From a virus: a DNA stretch of 64,000 bases. Of this stretch, positions 18,918 through 30,160 are shown one piece after another (positions within the stretch are counted from its first letter, which is position 1; every line of letters begins with the position of its first letter). The stretch lies in IMG/VR virus record IMGVR_UViG_3300016471_000863; one strand, written 5' to 3'. The position numbers and the translations under genes are program-made. The notes under the pieces are model-generated. The model ran no database searches. It saw nothing but the letters and a program-made list of their open reading frames with translations, and was not told where the DNA came from.

Positions 18918-19193
18918 TTATGTATTTTTCAATTGCTGTTCTATTAGAGAATAGATTGTATCTGCATCTGCTTTTTCTAATTTTCTATCTAATGCTCTAT
19001 CTAATTTATACTTTTTTGCTCCTTCGTATAATGCCTCTATTTGTGGGTCGCACATAGCGACTTTTGTTGCTATATATGAGAAAAATAATTGTGGATTTAG
19101 ACCTTTTTGAAAAAGAATTCTTCTCAAGTCGAGTAATTGTTGATGCTCAAATTGAAAAGTAATAGTTCTCTTTTCAAGTTTTTCCAAAATCAT
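18918..19193 (-). CDS. Hypothetical protein
   Basis: 91-aa ORF overlapping the upstream stop. Confidence 0.7.
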   Translation of the reverse strand: MILEKLEKRTITFQFEHQQLLDLRRILFQKGLNPQLFFSYIATKVAMCDPQIEALYEGAKKYKLDRALDRKLEKADADTIYSLIEQQLKNT

Positions 19194-19846
19194 CCTCCTG
19201 ATGCTGCGGAATTTGGACCGGTAGTTCCATACAACACAGGATCTGAGTAATCCTCTGGGAAAGCGGTTGATGTTGGATGAATTCCGTAATTTTGTTCCAT
19301 CATTTCTGTAAACTGTTTTGCAGTTTGTGAATCATAATTTGATGCAATATAAGCTTCTGCACGATTTAAAATAATCGTTTTTGGATCTGACAATGCTTCG
19401 AAATTATTGATTAATCTTGCTACGGATCTAGCAAAATCATTTAAGTTAATAATTGGAGTTTTGAAAATTGGATTTTCTTCTGCTGGACCTCCTCCTCCTC
19501 CTCCTCCTCCTCCACCTGTATCTGGTGGAGGTTCGCTTGTATCTCCACCTCCTTCGGCGGCACCAGGATCTTCCTGTTCAAATAAGAATTTTTGCAATAA
19601 TTTTACATTGTTGCTTGCAGCACTTTCCATCATTGGTAGTTTATCTAAACCGATATTATCGGACATAGGAATACTTTCCTTTTCATATCTGATTAGATAA
19701 CGATCTATAACTTGATCTAAAGAGATTGGTCTGCTTTTTTGCTTTGAAAAGTCTGCAATTTTTTTTGGATATGACATTTGCGGCATTTGCTCTTGCAAGA
19801 CTTTTGCATTTGTTGTTAGAGGTGCTTTTTTTATTTTTCTTTTCAT
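19190..19846 (-). CDS. Hypothetical protein with poly-Gly linker (candidate head protein)
   Basis: KLLQKFLFEQED followed by a G10 tract ((CCT)n at about 19488-19515). Confidence 0.75.
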   Translation of the reverse strand: MKRKIKKAPLTTNAKVLQEQMPQMSYPKKIADFSKQKSRPISLDQVIDRYLIRYEKESIPMSDNIGLDKLPMMESAASNNVKLLQKFLFEQEDPGAAEGGGDTSEPPPDTGGGGGGGGGGPAEENPIFKTPIINLNDFARSVARLINNFEALSDPKTIILNRAEAYIASNYDSQTAKQFTEMMEQNYGIHPTSTAFPEDYSDPVLYGTTGPNSAASGG

Positions 19847-19865
19847 ATGGATACCAATCTTTGAT

Positions 19866-20828
19866 TCAAACTATTCGTGAAGTACCAGGCTGTTGAGGAA
19901 CCATTACAGGAGAACCTACCCCAGATGGAATTGCAGGAGAAACCGTGCCTTGAACTGGCTGTACGCTAGCAATTGGCAATTCTTCAGCTTTTTCTGCCGC
20001 TGCTAAGAGTTTTTCTGGTCCATCATTTACCATTGGCATAATTTGATATATTAAATTTAAATTTGCATTTTCGGCAACTTTCATTCGTGCTTCTATAACA
20101 TCCCAATTTAACTCTTTCATCATGCCAATTAGATATGATTTTTTATCATCAAGATAATCTTTAAAATATGCATGTTCCCACATGTCCATAACAATAACAG
20201 GAATTGCACCTACAGGAATATCTTTGTTGTGACTATTGACAATTACATTCATGTACTTGTTTTTATATGGTTCATACACACACATAGCCCAACCATTTCT
20301 CGCTGATAATGCGGTGGAAATAAAATCAAGTTGCCAAGCTTCAAAAGTTCCCCAATCACGAGCCAATCTCATATAAGGAAAAGAATTAACGCTTATTTCT
20401 GAATTTAAATCTGAAATGTTTGCCCAATATAATTCATGTAATTTGATGCCATTTAAATTGTAATTTTCATCTACTTTTAATGAACGAAAGGAGCTGTGAG
20501 TTGAATTTGCATTTTGTCTATTAACCGCATCTAATTCAGAAGAAATTTTGTTGAAAGAATCTACATATTTTTTATATAAATTGAAATGTGCTTCTTTTGC
20601 ACCTTTTGATAATCTTTCTGTTTTTAAGATAAAGTTTTTTGGAATTGCTACAAGAGCTTCTTGTAGGGTTGCAATTTTTTCTTTCATGTTTGTTAAAACT
20701 TTAACTGGAGTTTTTAGAAGTGGTTCTTCTTTTGATTCTTTAATCAAACCATTTGTTTTAAACGTAGTTTGAATTGAATCACGAATTAAAGAACGGAGTT
20801 CTTCGGGTTTAAATTTAATTTTTGACAT
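19866..20828 (-). CDS. sod: Fe/Mn superoxide dismutase with N-terminal leader extension
   Basis: Ligand motifs AHFNLYKKY, LHELYW, MDMWEHAYF; ARDWGTFEAW, RNGWA; about 60-aa N-terminal extension. Confidence 0.92.
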   Translation of the reverse strand: MSKIKFKPEELRSLIRDSIQTTFKTNGLIKESKEEPLLKTPVKVLTNMKEKIATLQEALVAIPKNFILKTERLSKGAKEAHFNLYKKYVDSFNKISSELDAVNRQNANSTHSSFRSLKVDENYNLNGIKLHELYWANISDLNSEISVNSFPYMRLARDWGTFEAWQLDFISTALSARNGWAMCVYEPYKNKYMNVIVNSHNKDIPVGAIPVIVMDMWEHAYFKDYLDDKKSYLIGMMKELNWDVIEARMKVAENANLNLIYQIMPMVNDGPEKLLAAAEKAEELPIASVQPVQGTVSPAIPSGVGSPVMVPQQPGTSRIV

Positions 20829-20911
20829 TTGTTCCTCAGAGATGGTTCATTCTCATAATAAATAGGAATACCCATATAGAATTTCAAATAAATGAAAAAT
20901 CATTATTTATT

Positions 20912-22054
20912 TTACACTTTATTAAATGTTTTATAGTAAGGATGAACAACCGTGTCCATGCCAAATGGTATTAAATTTGCAAATTTAGATAATTTGCAAA
21001 TAATTTTTGTATCTTTTATTGTCTTAAAGAAATTGTTTGTATTTTCTATACGAGATTTTAGATTTTCTAAATCTTCATTTGCACAATTTTTCACAGAAGA
21101 AAATGCTTGTGGGGTAATGTTATAGGCGGGAATTTCATCTATCAGTTCTATGAAAGTATGTCTTTTTAAAATGCTAATATAGGCATAATTTCCAACAGCC
21201 AAACATTTATTAACAAATGAATCTAAAATTGTTCTATCTTTTTTAAATGAATTTCTCATATAAAAACTTGGCAAGATCAACCACATGGTAGCCATCTTTA
21301 CATGAGACTCTTTTAGAGAAATTTCTTTTTTAAGATCTATATTCAATGTCGATACTTTGCCTTGGCAAGCTTCTTTGATTGAACTAGAAAATTCTGGATT
21401 ATACGCAACGGTGCTGACATATCCTACGAAAAGTGCTGAATTACCTTTTTTATTTCTATAAATTTTACCTACCTGCAAATTTTGTTTTGTTACTACAGGT
21501 AATTTTTGCCTTTCGAAACATTTATTGTACCATCTCCAACTAGCCGTATCCGTAGAGACTAACTCTAGTTTATTCTTTCTATTCAAGAAATAGAATTCAT
21601 TTTCAAATTCTTTTTCTATTGTTTTCTTTTGTAGAAGACTCCTGCAAACACTGGCTGTAGATACTGTTTTATTTACTCTTACAATTTGTCCAGTTGTTGT
21701 TTTGATATTGAAAGACAGTAAAGTATTGTTGCCGTATATAGTTTCAATTTTTACTTTTGTTATTGGTTGCGAGTTATCAAATTCATAATGATCAAAATCT
21801 TTTGCTTCAAGCGCACTTGTTATCTCGTTTTTAACATGAGAATAATTGTATCCTGCATGTGGATACAAATGAAAATATTTTAATCCATTGGAAGAAGAAG
21901 CTATACTTGGAATATAAAAATAACAATAAGGAACAGAAATTGTAGAATCATCTCCAAGGTAAGAAGAATCTTTTTCTGCATTGTAAATGTTGTATTGAGT
22001 TTTACTTACGGCAACACTTACAAAGTTTGGCAGGGTTATTTTTTCGTATTCCAT
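20912..22054 (-). CDS. Hypothetical protein
   Basis: 380-aa ORF; LQVGKIYRNKKG motif. Confidence 0.75.
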   Translation of the reverse strand: MEYEKITLPNFVSVAVSKTQYNIYNAEKDSSYLGDDSTISVPYCYFYIPSIASSSNGLKYFHLYPHAGYNYSHVKNEITSALEAKDFDHYEFDNSQPITKVKIETIYGNNTLLSFNIKTTTGQIVRVNKTVSTASVCRSLLQKKTIEKEFENEFYFLNRKNKLELVSTDTASWRWYNKCFERQKLPVVTKQNLQVGKIYRNKKGNSALFVGYVSTVAYNPEFSSSIKEACQGKVSTLNIDLKKEISLKESHVKMATMWLILPSFYMRNSFKKDRTILDSFVNKCLAVGNYAYISILKRHTFIELIDEIPAYNITPQAFSSVKNCANEDLENLKSRIENTNNFFKTIKDTKIICKLSKFANLIPFGMDTVVHPYYKTFNKV

Positions 22055-22098
22055 GTCATTTTACCTATTATCAAGATAAAATGATTATCTATTATATG

Positions 22099-22989
22099 TT
22101 AAAACATGGATAGGTATCTGGGACCACTATCACAAAAAATAGTGATAATAGGTCCATCAGAAGGATATTCTTCTGCCATTCTTCTTGCGGCAATTAAATT
22201 GGCAGCAGAACTAATACCAACAAAATGTCCAAGATCTCTTGATATAGCCTTGGCTTCTTTTATTGCCTCTTCGGAAGATATTCTATAGATTTTATCTACC
22301 ATCTTTAAATCTACCAAATATTTGCTTCCGTCTCCTATGCCTTGAATTTTATGCAATCCAGGTTTGCCACCTGACATAACAGGACTCTCCTCTGGTTCCA
22401 AAACACAACAGCGAATTCCAGGAAATGCCTTTCGAAGCCTCTTTGAAACTCCCATGAAGGTTCCGCCTGTACCTGTGCCACAAATGAATCCTGATGGTTT
22501 TAAATTATTCTGTTTACATTGTTTTTCTATTTCTTTGCCGGTGCCATAATAATGAGCTTCTATATTTTCCCTACTATCAAATTGATTAAAATTATAAAAA
22601 TTCTCATATTCTTCGCATAACTTATTTCTAAGTGCAATAGCATCTAAAAATCCACCGGCACCTACAAAAATTATCTCAGCACCTAATAAAGAAATTATTT
22701 TCTTGCGTTCTTCGCTCATGTCTTCTGGCATGATTATTTTCACAGAATAATTCTTTAATTTTCCAAACGTTGATAAAGAAATACCAGTATTTCCGCTACT
22801 AGCCTCTACTAACGTAGTCCAATCATGCCTAATCTTTTTAGCAATTTCAGCCTTTTTTAGTATGTGCCAAACAGGTCTGTCTTTAATAGAACCGGTATAA
22901 TTTAAATATTCTAATTTAATATAGATTCTATCGCTATATTTTATTAATGGTGTATTGCCTATATAATCTTCTGGATTGAACTCTAGCAT
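22099..22989 (-). CDS. cysK: Cysteine synthase (PLP-dependent, CysK/CysM family)
   Basis: IGNTPL, TGSIKDR (PLP lysine), EASSGNTG, GTGTGGT, HKIQGIG, GISSAAN, DSGPRYLS. Confidence 0.95.
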   Translation of the reverse strand: MLEFNPEDYIGNTPLIKYSDRIYIKLEYLNYTGSIKDRPVWHILKKAEIAKKIRHDWTTLVEASSGNTGISLSTFGKLKNYSVKIIMPEDMSEERKKIISLLGAEIIFVGAGGFLDAIALRNKLCEEYENFYNFNQFDSRENIEAHYYGTGKEIEKQCKQNNLKPSGFICGTGTGGTFMGVSKRLRKAFPGIRCCVLEPEESPVMSGGKPGLHKIQGIGDGSKYLVDLKMVDKIYRISSEEAIKEAKAISRDLGHFVGISSAANLIAARRMAEEYPSDGPIITIFCDSGPRYLSMF

Positions 22990-22990
22990 A

Positions 22991-25900
22991 TCATCTGTTT
23001 TTAATTAATATCTCTATTTGTCCAAAGAAAGAAGAAAAACCAAAATTACTATTTTTAAATTTACCTACAATCAGAGTATTCTCAGGAATTGGCTGATCTT
23101 TGGCAGGATTAAAATTCCAACAAAAACACTGGTAATCTTTCATCTCGTGCCCATACATATTAATCTTTAGATACGTTTTTCCAGTTTTAGTTGTAGCCTT
23201 AAAAGAATTTTTAACAATTGCCCAATACGTATCATCTTCTTCTTGCCAGGAATCAATACTTTCAATATTAGATAATTCTAAAAATTCTTTTATCTCTGGA
23301 GTTACTATCAAACTCATATCAATAGTCCCAGATAATTGTTTACTAAATTCTACTTTCTCTTTCAAAGAGAAATCTTCAAGATCCTGCGCTTCTGCAATTA
23401 ATTTCTGCAATATTTCTCTATGATTCTTATTCTTTTTTCTATTAATTGCACGCTTAACATCATCGCCCTTATCTACCAATACATGGTGAAGCTGACGATA
23501 ATTCTTAAACATCTTGTCCTCTCCAACCAAACCCATGCTTCCAAAGGCTTCAAGCTTGATTAGAGTAGACAACGCACGCTTATTAAACTTGGAATGACGC
23601 CATGTGTCATTGGGGCTAAACAACAAATCTTCAAGATTGTTATAGGGGCGATATTCGTTAATCTCATTAAGAACCGTCATACCAACGTGCTTAAGAGAAG
23701 CGAACGATGGAATAAGCTTTCCATCCCGGATCGTATAATCCTTCTCAGAGAGATTGATATCCGGCTTACCGATAGAGAAACCAAGTGCCTTAGCCTCAGA
23801 TAGAGCAATAGCCTTTGGATCTTCCTTGCCAGCTTGCTTACCTTTCTCGGTGGCACAGTAATCAATGTAGGTGGTAATCCATTCCTCTGGATAGTAGGTT
23901 AGGAGCCATGCACAAGTATAAGAAACAAGGGAATAGCTAACTGCGTGACTCTTATTGAACGAATAAGCTACGAACTTTTCCATTTCATCAAAGATACTAT
24001 AGCTGATTTCCTTAGCGATATTGTTTACAGCAAGGCAGCGATTAGCAAAGTCTTCACGCATTGCCTCACGTTCCTTTGCAGCCTTTTCCTTATTGGATAG
24101 ATCCTTCTTGGTGAATGCCTTACGAACATTGTCGGTTTCTTCAAGAGGAACACCGGCAAGCCGATGGTAGATTAGCTGTAGCTGCTCTTGAAAGATGATT
24201 AAACCCGATGTGCTTTCTAGTACGTCTTTGAGTAGCGGGTGTTTATATGTAATCTTAGATGGGGTTTTACGATTATTTAAATAAAGCTTGTCAGCACCGA
24301 TACTATTATGTACCACTAGCCCGCCCGCAAAAAAATTGTGGTGAGGAGCCGCCATTTCAATATCATATGTTTCCTCTATTCCGTGAGATTCAATGCCAAG
24401 AAATTTGACCATTCGAATATCATCATTTAAAACCAAACGGTTTTCAGCCATTTTTTGTTGAAGAATTTCTTTGCTAATATTTCCTTCAGTATATTCACGG
24501 TGATGATTAGGGCATAGAAAAGATAGATTTTCTGGTGAATTATTGTATTTTCGTCCACCTTCTACGTGATTCGTGTCTAAACTTCCAGATTTCCAGTCAC
24601 AAAAACAGCAACGATGTCGATAATTTAAAAAAGCTATGTTTCTGAAATTTTTCTCGCCATGAATGTTTTTGGTAGCTCTCGATATCGATGGAAGCTGAGT
24701 TTTGTGCATAAAAAGATAATCACCTTCTTTAAGTTTTCTAAGAGGTTTCCAACCGTCTAATGTAAGAAACATGTGATCCAGCGTGGCTTTAAGTGGTTTA
24801 ATGGCACTACGCATATTACATTTTCCGGTATCAATAATTTGACATGGACCTTCTACCCTAAGTTGAACTTTGAGGGACCAAACTTCTTTCTTGCCTGATT
24901 TGATTATACGAATTTTTTTATTTGATACAATGGTATTTGTATTTTCATCCAAAGAACAAAGATTATTCGAATATCTGGCATGTGCTACAGGATATTCTTG
25001 TTCGTTATAAAGTTGCTCAATAGATTTGTATTTGAAATAACGACCATTATATTTGTGACGAGATACTAGAATTTGCGTTCCAGCAGACAAACAAAGTGGT
25101 CCCGGTCTAAAAATTGAAGTAGCTACAGAAAGATCGGTAATGTTGGTAGGTTTCATTTCTGCCATAAACTTCTGAACCTGTGGATTAATAAACTGGAATA
25201 CTCCAGCATATCTACTCTCCCACCAAACGTTTCTATACACTTTTTGATCAGTAAGATCAAGTTTATCCGGATGAAGTTTGTCATCATACCACTTTTTGAT
25301 CATATCAAAAGTAACATACTTCCTATTGGGATTTTCTTTACGGACAATCTTACGGATACACTCCTCAAACATTCGGAGGGTTCCAAGACCGAGGATATCA
25401 AACTTTAGAAGCCCGAAACCTTCAAGGTGGCGTGCATTAAGACCTTCTGGCCATGGAGTTTGCAGAACATCGCCGCTCTTAATGATTGGCATATTATCTC
25501 GTGGATTGCTGGTAATAATTACACCGCCAGCGTGACGAGATACGTTTCGCATCTGCTTGAATAAAACACGAACTGTCTTTTCAAACTCTGGATACTTCTC
25601 CATCAACTCACGGAATGAAGGAGAGTTATTCTCAGCTTCCTCATAGGTAAGAACCCATCCAGCACGATCAAATCCTGGCGTCTTCTTAGCCTCTGCAAGA
25701 GCTTCATTCTCAATCTTGCCGGTATACTTGTTTACTTCATCAAATGATAGACCAGCAAGACGAGCAACGTCCTTAATCAAACTGCGTAGCTGTAGCTGAT
25801 TAAAGTTAGAAACTGAGATAACGTTCTCTGTCCCGAAGTAATCACCAATAAGCTTAACAGCCTTTTCACGATCACCGAAATCGCTGTCTATGTCTGGGTA

Positions 25901-27512
25901 TGAATTTTTCTTAAGCCTTGTTAAGAACCTTTCAAACAATAAACCGTATTTAATTGGATCTACCTGAGTAATTTCTAAACAATAACTTAATAGAGAACCT
26001 GCGGCGCTACCTCTTCCATAGCCAATCAACATATGTTTTGAAGCAATATCCATGATCTTGGCATATGTAAGGAAATACTTGGCAAACTTAAGTTCCTTGA
26101 TTACTCCAAGCTCGTATACAAGACGGTCAATATATTCTGATTCCTCATCTCTATTACGGTTCTTAAGACCAATCTTAGCAAGACGCTTCAACTCTTCAAA
26201 AGCAAGAACGTCCTCGCCTGCACCTTCACCAAGCTTTTCAATGGCATCTTCAAGGTGAGTCTTTGAAACAAGCTTCTCAATAACAGGAAGCTTAACAGAA
26301 CGATCAAAATCAACCGTTCCAATCTGATTGTGAGCGATATCCCAGGTGCGCTCAATAGCATCACGGACTACATCATCATTATAACAATCAAATCCAGCGG
26401 TATAATGCTTGTAGCTGTCCCAAATCTGCTGAACGTTCTTTGGATATAGCTCGCACTTAAGCTCCTCTACCTTCTGAGGAAGCTTGGATGCATCTACACC
26501 ATCCTTGGACTTTGAAGCCCAAGCCATAGCCTTATAGAGCTCTCGTTCACGCCAATGATCCGGATTAGAATAGTGGCTATCGCAAGTCACAACGAGATTT
26601 GTATTTGTGCGCTTTGCAGCTTCCATAATGTGGAAGTTCTTTAGATGCTGGGCACCAAGACGGTTAAACTGCATTTCAAGGTAATAGTTCTCTTCCCCAA
26701 GAGCATCCTTGAAAGCATGGATCATATCCTTTAGTTCACTCTGAATAAGCTCAAAGTTATCCATATTAGGTTTCCATGCATTCCAATCTGGATTTGTTTG
26801 ATGAGAAGCAATGATATGCATATCTGCACCGGCAACGCAAGCAGAAAGAGCAATAAGATTACCCTTTGCTTCACGCTTAAGCATATCCAAATCAATGCGG
26901 GGATATTTGTAGAACCCATCAATATATGAGTTAGATACAAGGCGGAATAGGGTCTTTAGTCCCGCTGTATTCTTTGGAAGCAAGACAAGATGATTACGTC
27001 GCTGAATAGGATCACGATATTTATTGGACTTACTATCGTCCTCGTTTTCTACTACAGTTCCACCTTCTTCATCTTCATCGGTCTTAGCGACTACTCCAGC
27101 CATTTCTTCAAGTTCAGCCTTGGCAGAAGCAAGTTCATCACCGATATTGTTTGGATTAGCTGCAAGCCGCTTTGCTTCTTTCTCAGCAGCCTTAGCTTCA
27201 TCCTGTGCGTTCTTTAGCTTACGCCATTCTGCGAGGGAGGGGATATAATAGGCTTCTACACCTGATAGAGCCTTGAATGGAACGCCCTTATCTTTTAGTT
27301 TCTTTGCATGGAGATATTGATAGGAAAACCCATTCATATTTCCGTGATCGGTTAGAGCGAGGGCATCAGAACCATTCTTGACGGCGTAATCGATATGATC
27401 TTGTGGCATACCGATTCCATCTCCAATCGAGAAAGGTACTGTGACCGTGCAGGTTCACAAACCTCCTTGGAGCCGCTGGCTTCCCGTGCGAGTCATTATT
27501 ATCGTTGCTCAT
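22991..27512 (-). CDS. dnaE: DNA polymerase III alpha subunit (DnaE) with intein; the true N-terminus starts at 27512 and needs a +1 frame correction at about 27431-27434
   Basis: PHP motifs (FVNLHGHS, LTDHGN, DSHY), GRGSAAGS, PDIDSDF, RHAGG, KFDILGL, RPGP, FQEQ, YSFNKSHA; ATG 27512 is 103 nt upstream of the ORF-track ATG at 27409. Confidence 0.93.
24305..25093 (-). mobile_element. DnaE intein (263 aa) carrying an HNH endonuclease
   Basis: RPGPL|CLSAGTQI...ATLDHMF...TYDIEM...GLVVHN|SIGAD; internal CCFC...DTNH...NNSPENLSFLCPNHH. Confidence 0.92.
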
Positions 27513-27639
27513 ATAGAATCATTCTCCCAGTATAAAACGTAATATATAATCATTTATTTATTTATGAATATAGTCTTGTTAAGAGACAAGATTAACACCC
27601 GGCTATTTTGATTTAAACTGGACAATTTTAGTTAGTAAC

Positions 27640-27999
27640 TTACTCGCCATGTAAGTAAACATTGTTTTCTAAAATAAGAAAAACATTATTTTCGATCAAA
27701 ATTTGAAACCATTTTGTTTTATTTATTATAATTTTTTTATCTTTTATGTTGTCTACTGCTATTAATCTTGTTTTTCTGTATTTATATCCTGTAACAATTC
27801 CTAGTGTATTGTTTTCTAAAAAAATTATATCATTTGAAAAACAAGAACCTTTTATTGCATAAACTTTTTTAGGATATTTTTTGGAATGTTTTTTTTCTTT
27901 ATTTTTAATAGAAACTAATTTTCCAATTTTTATATTTTTATATTTTTTATAGGAAGTTAATACTTTATTCTTTTTTTTTAAGGAATTGGACTTCTTCAT
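27640..27999 (-). CDS. Hypothetical Lys-rich small beta-barrel-like protein (paralog family)
   Basis: IGKLVSIK...LGIVTG...WFQILIENNVFLI; GAGGAGG RBS. Confidence 0.65.
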   Translation of the reverse strand: MKKSNSLKKKNKVLTSYKKYKNIKIGKLVSIKNKEKKHSKKYPKKVYAIKGSCFSNDIIFLENNTLGIVTGYKYRKTRLIAVDNIKDKKIIINKTKWFQILIENNVFLILENNVYLHGE

Positions 28000-28084
28000 T
28001 CTTCCTCCTCTTTTAAATAGAGAAAATTTGTAAGAATAAAAAATCTTAAAAATGACAATACACGTTTATGGAATAAATTAATAA

Positions 28085-28462
28085 TTAATTCTTTTCAAGA
28101 AAGATGTCAAAAACCCAATATATTTTATGTTCTATTAATACTCTATGAAGTTCAAAAATAATGTCTTCGTCTTCTTCTGGGTCAATGCTTTTCGTTGAAA
28201 TAATATCGCAGGCAAGATACATGCATGACGTACCAGAGGGTATATATGTTCTTTTGCCAATAATTTGCTGATCTTTAATTTGCTTATTTGCAAAAATATC
28301 ATTAAATTCGTAAACAATAATAAATTCTGGATCTGCTTCATCAAGCAAATTCGATACTTTTCTGTTTACTTTTTTACTCCATTCTGGTTCTGGAGTCATT
28401 ATTTTCAACAATTCTCCAACTTGGAAATTATTGTTATTCTCTGTATTTGTAATAATTTCCAT
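28085..28462 (-). CDS. Hypothetical small beta-barrel-like protein (paralog family)
   Basis: VGELLKI...SCMYL...HRVLIEHKIYWV. Confidence 0.7.
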   Translation of the reverse strand: MEIITNTENNNNFQVGELLKIMTPEPEWSKKVNRKVSNLLDEADPEFIIVYEFNDIFANKQIKDQQIIGKRTYIPSGTSCMYLACDIISTKSIDPEEDEDIIFELHRVLIEHKIYWVFDIFLEKN

Positions 28463-28477
28463 TTACATTTCTTCATT

Positions 28478-28747
28478 TCAGGTATCAAAGTCTAATATTA
28501 GAATATGATTCATATCAGGAGATAGTCGCAAATTTCCATATTCATCAAAATTTATTTCCATTGGAACGCTCCAAACATGATTTCTTTCCATTTGAGTCAT
28601 ATAATGTTGAATTTCTTGTAAATTTTTTTTCAAAATTTCGATCCCAACAATTGAATTTTTCATAACTGGAGTTTTTTCATAAAGTTTTTCAGTCAGAATT
28701 GTCAGAATTCTTGCTAGTTGTCTTTTTGTCAATCTGTGTTTGTTCAT
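28478..28747 (-). CDS. Hypothetical protein
   Basis: 89-aa ORF in operon. Confidence 0.6.
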   Translation of the reverse strand: MNKHRLTKRQLARILTILTEKLYEKTPVMKNSIVGIEILKKNLQEIQHYMTQMERNHVWSVPMEINFDEYGNLRLSPDMNHILILDFDT

Positions 28748-29024
28748 TTTCGTTCTGCGATATTACTTTTTTATGATAAGCATATTTTCCTTTTATGTGT
28801 TTAGAAAAATACGAACCAACACTATTTGAATCAAATATTCCAAAAGCAACATCTTGCGGTAAATCAAAATAAGAATACAGGTCCGGTTTTGTTTTGAATT
28901 TTACAATTAGAGTTTGCATTAAGATGTCATACTTTACAGATTCTATTAAAGAAGAGTCTGCAAAAGATTTTTCTTTAATTCTCGGTCCATCATATTCGTC
29001 AATATTAAAAGTTTTCATATTCAA
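28689..29024 (-). CDS. KTSC-domain protein
   Basis: SSLIESVKYD...LIVKF...YSYFDLP...SVGSYFSKHIKGKY. Confidence 0.88.
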   Translation of the reverse strand: MNMKTFNIDEYDGPRIKEKSFADSSLIESVKYDILMQTLIVKFKTKPDLYSYFDLPQDVAFGIFDSNSVGSYFSKHIKGKYAYHKKVISQNENEQTQIDKKTTSKNSDNSD

Positions 29025-29499
29025 AATACTTCCATGGTCTTTTGCTTTGATCTCTGTTTAAAATCAAAAGACAAATCTTATCTTTTATAAGAACTTGCAA
29101 TACGCAGTCTCCAAAAGAAAAATTTTCTCTTTGTAAAATCATAAAATAATCATTTTTATTCATCAACAATCTTTTACAATAATTTTTTTCTACAAAATCT
29201 TTAATTTTTGATTTATTTTTAATAATTTCAAAATTGGAAACTGGGAACGCCATTATTTGTATATCGTCTGATTCAAACATTCTTTCTAAGAAGTTTAATT
29301 CTAATTCTTTTTTCAATTTATAAAGTTTCCCGCATGTCCAGAAATTTTCAGTTTTTTTGCTATAAAGCATTTTTTGGCTATATTCAACTGAAGAAATCCC
29401 AATGTCAATGCTTTTTCCAAATGCGCTTACAAGTAGCTCCGAAAGAAATCCTATTTTTGATAACATCCTGTCTCTTATTTCCGAGCTTATCGTATTCAT
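29005..29499 (-). CDS. Hypothetical protein (paralog family)
   Basis: GKLYKLK...YFMIL...LQVLIKDKICLL. Confidence 0.65.
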   Translation of the reverse strand: MNTISSEIRDRMLSKIGFLSELLVSAFGKSIDIGISSVEYSQKMLYSKKTENFWTCGKLYKLKKELELNFLERMFESDDIQIMAFPVSNFEIIKNKSKIKDFVEKNYCKRLLMNKNDYFMILQRENFSFGDCVLQVLIKDKICLLILNRDQSKRPWKYFEYENF

Positions 29500-29503
29500 A
29501 ATT

Positions 29504-30160
29504 TTACAATCTTTCCATTCTTATTTCATTTTTTGGTAAAAATTCAAGTATTCCATTGTCTGCTGGACTATAATCCCTGCTTTCTATTATCTCCCCATTG
29601 GTATCTGTAATTGAAACATTAATATTATAAACTTTTGTAAAAATTCCTTCCGCAGTAACATTTCCTACGGGTAATACAATTGGACTTGTTCCATATGAAA
29701 GATACATTCCTGCAAATTCCCCCTCTATAATACGTTTTTCGTCTATTTGCGCTGTAAATTTATTAATTGCAGGAGGAAATAATGTTCTTGTAATCCAATA
29801 AATTTCCGTACCAATTGGCAAATCTTCAAATTCTATATCAGCAGCATTCATAACCATATCTGCGCGGATCCATGGTCTACCGGCATCATTTCCTGCCGAG
29901 CGTACAACAAATAATTGCTCAGGACCAGCTATAATTTTTCTAGTTAACAATACACGATATCCACTTAAAATGGGAGTTCTAACAGTGGTATATGGCATCT
30001 CTTCGGGTTCTGATATACTGCGAAACGTTATTGTCCAAAATGGACTACCATCTACAATATTTGGCATAAGATAAATTTTATTATATTGTATATTTTCTAT
30101 TATGGAAGAATAATATTCATCATATTCTATGGTTGTTATTTCTTTAGGTGGATAAGCCAT
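29504..30160 (-). CDS. Hypothetical protein
   Basis: 218-aa ORF with upstream TAATTA. Confidence 0.7.
   Translation of the reverse strand: MAYPPKEITTIEYDEYYSSIIENIQYNKIYLMPNIVDGSPFWTITFRSISEPEEMPYTTVRTPILSGYRVLLTRKIIAGPEQLFVVRSAGNDAGRPWIRADMVMNAADIEFEDLPIGTEIYWITRTLFPPAINKFTAQIDEKRIIEGEFAGMYLSYGTSPIVLPVGNVTAEGIFTKVYNINVSITDTNGEIIESRDYSPADNGILEFLPKNEIRMERL

Noticed and set aside
19488-19515. (CCT)n and (CCG)n tracts (also about 39488-39515) as contingency loci
   Set aside because: They are triplet repeats encoding poly-Gly linkers; length change would not shift the frame
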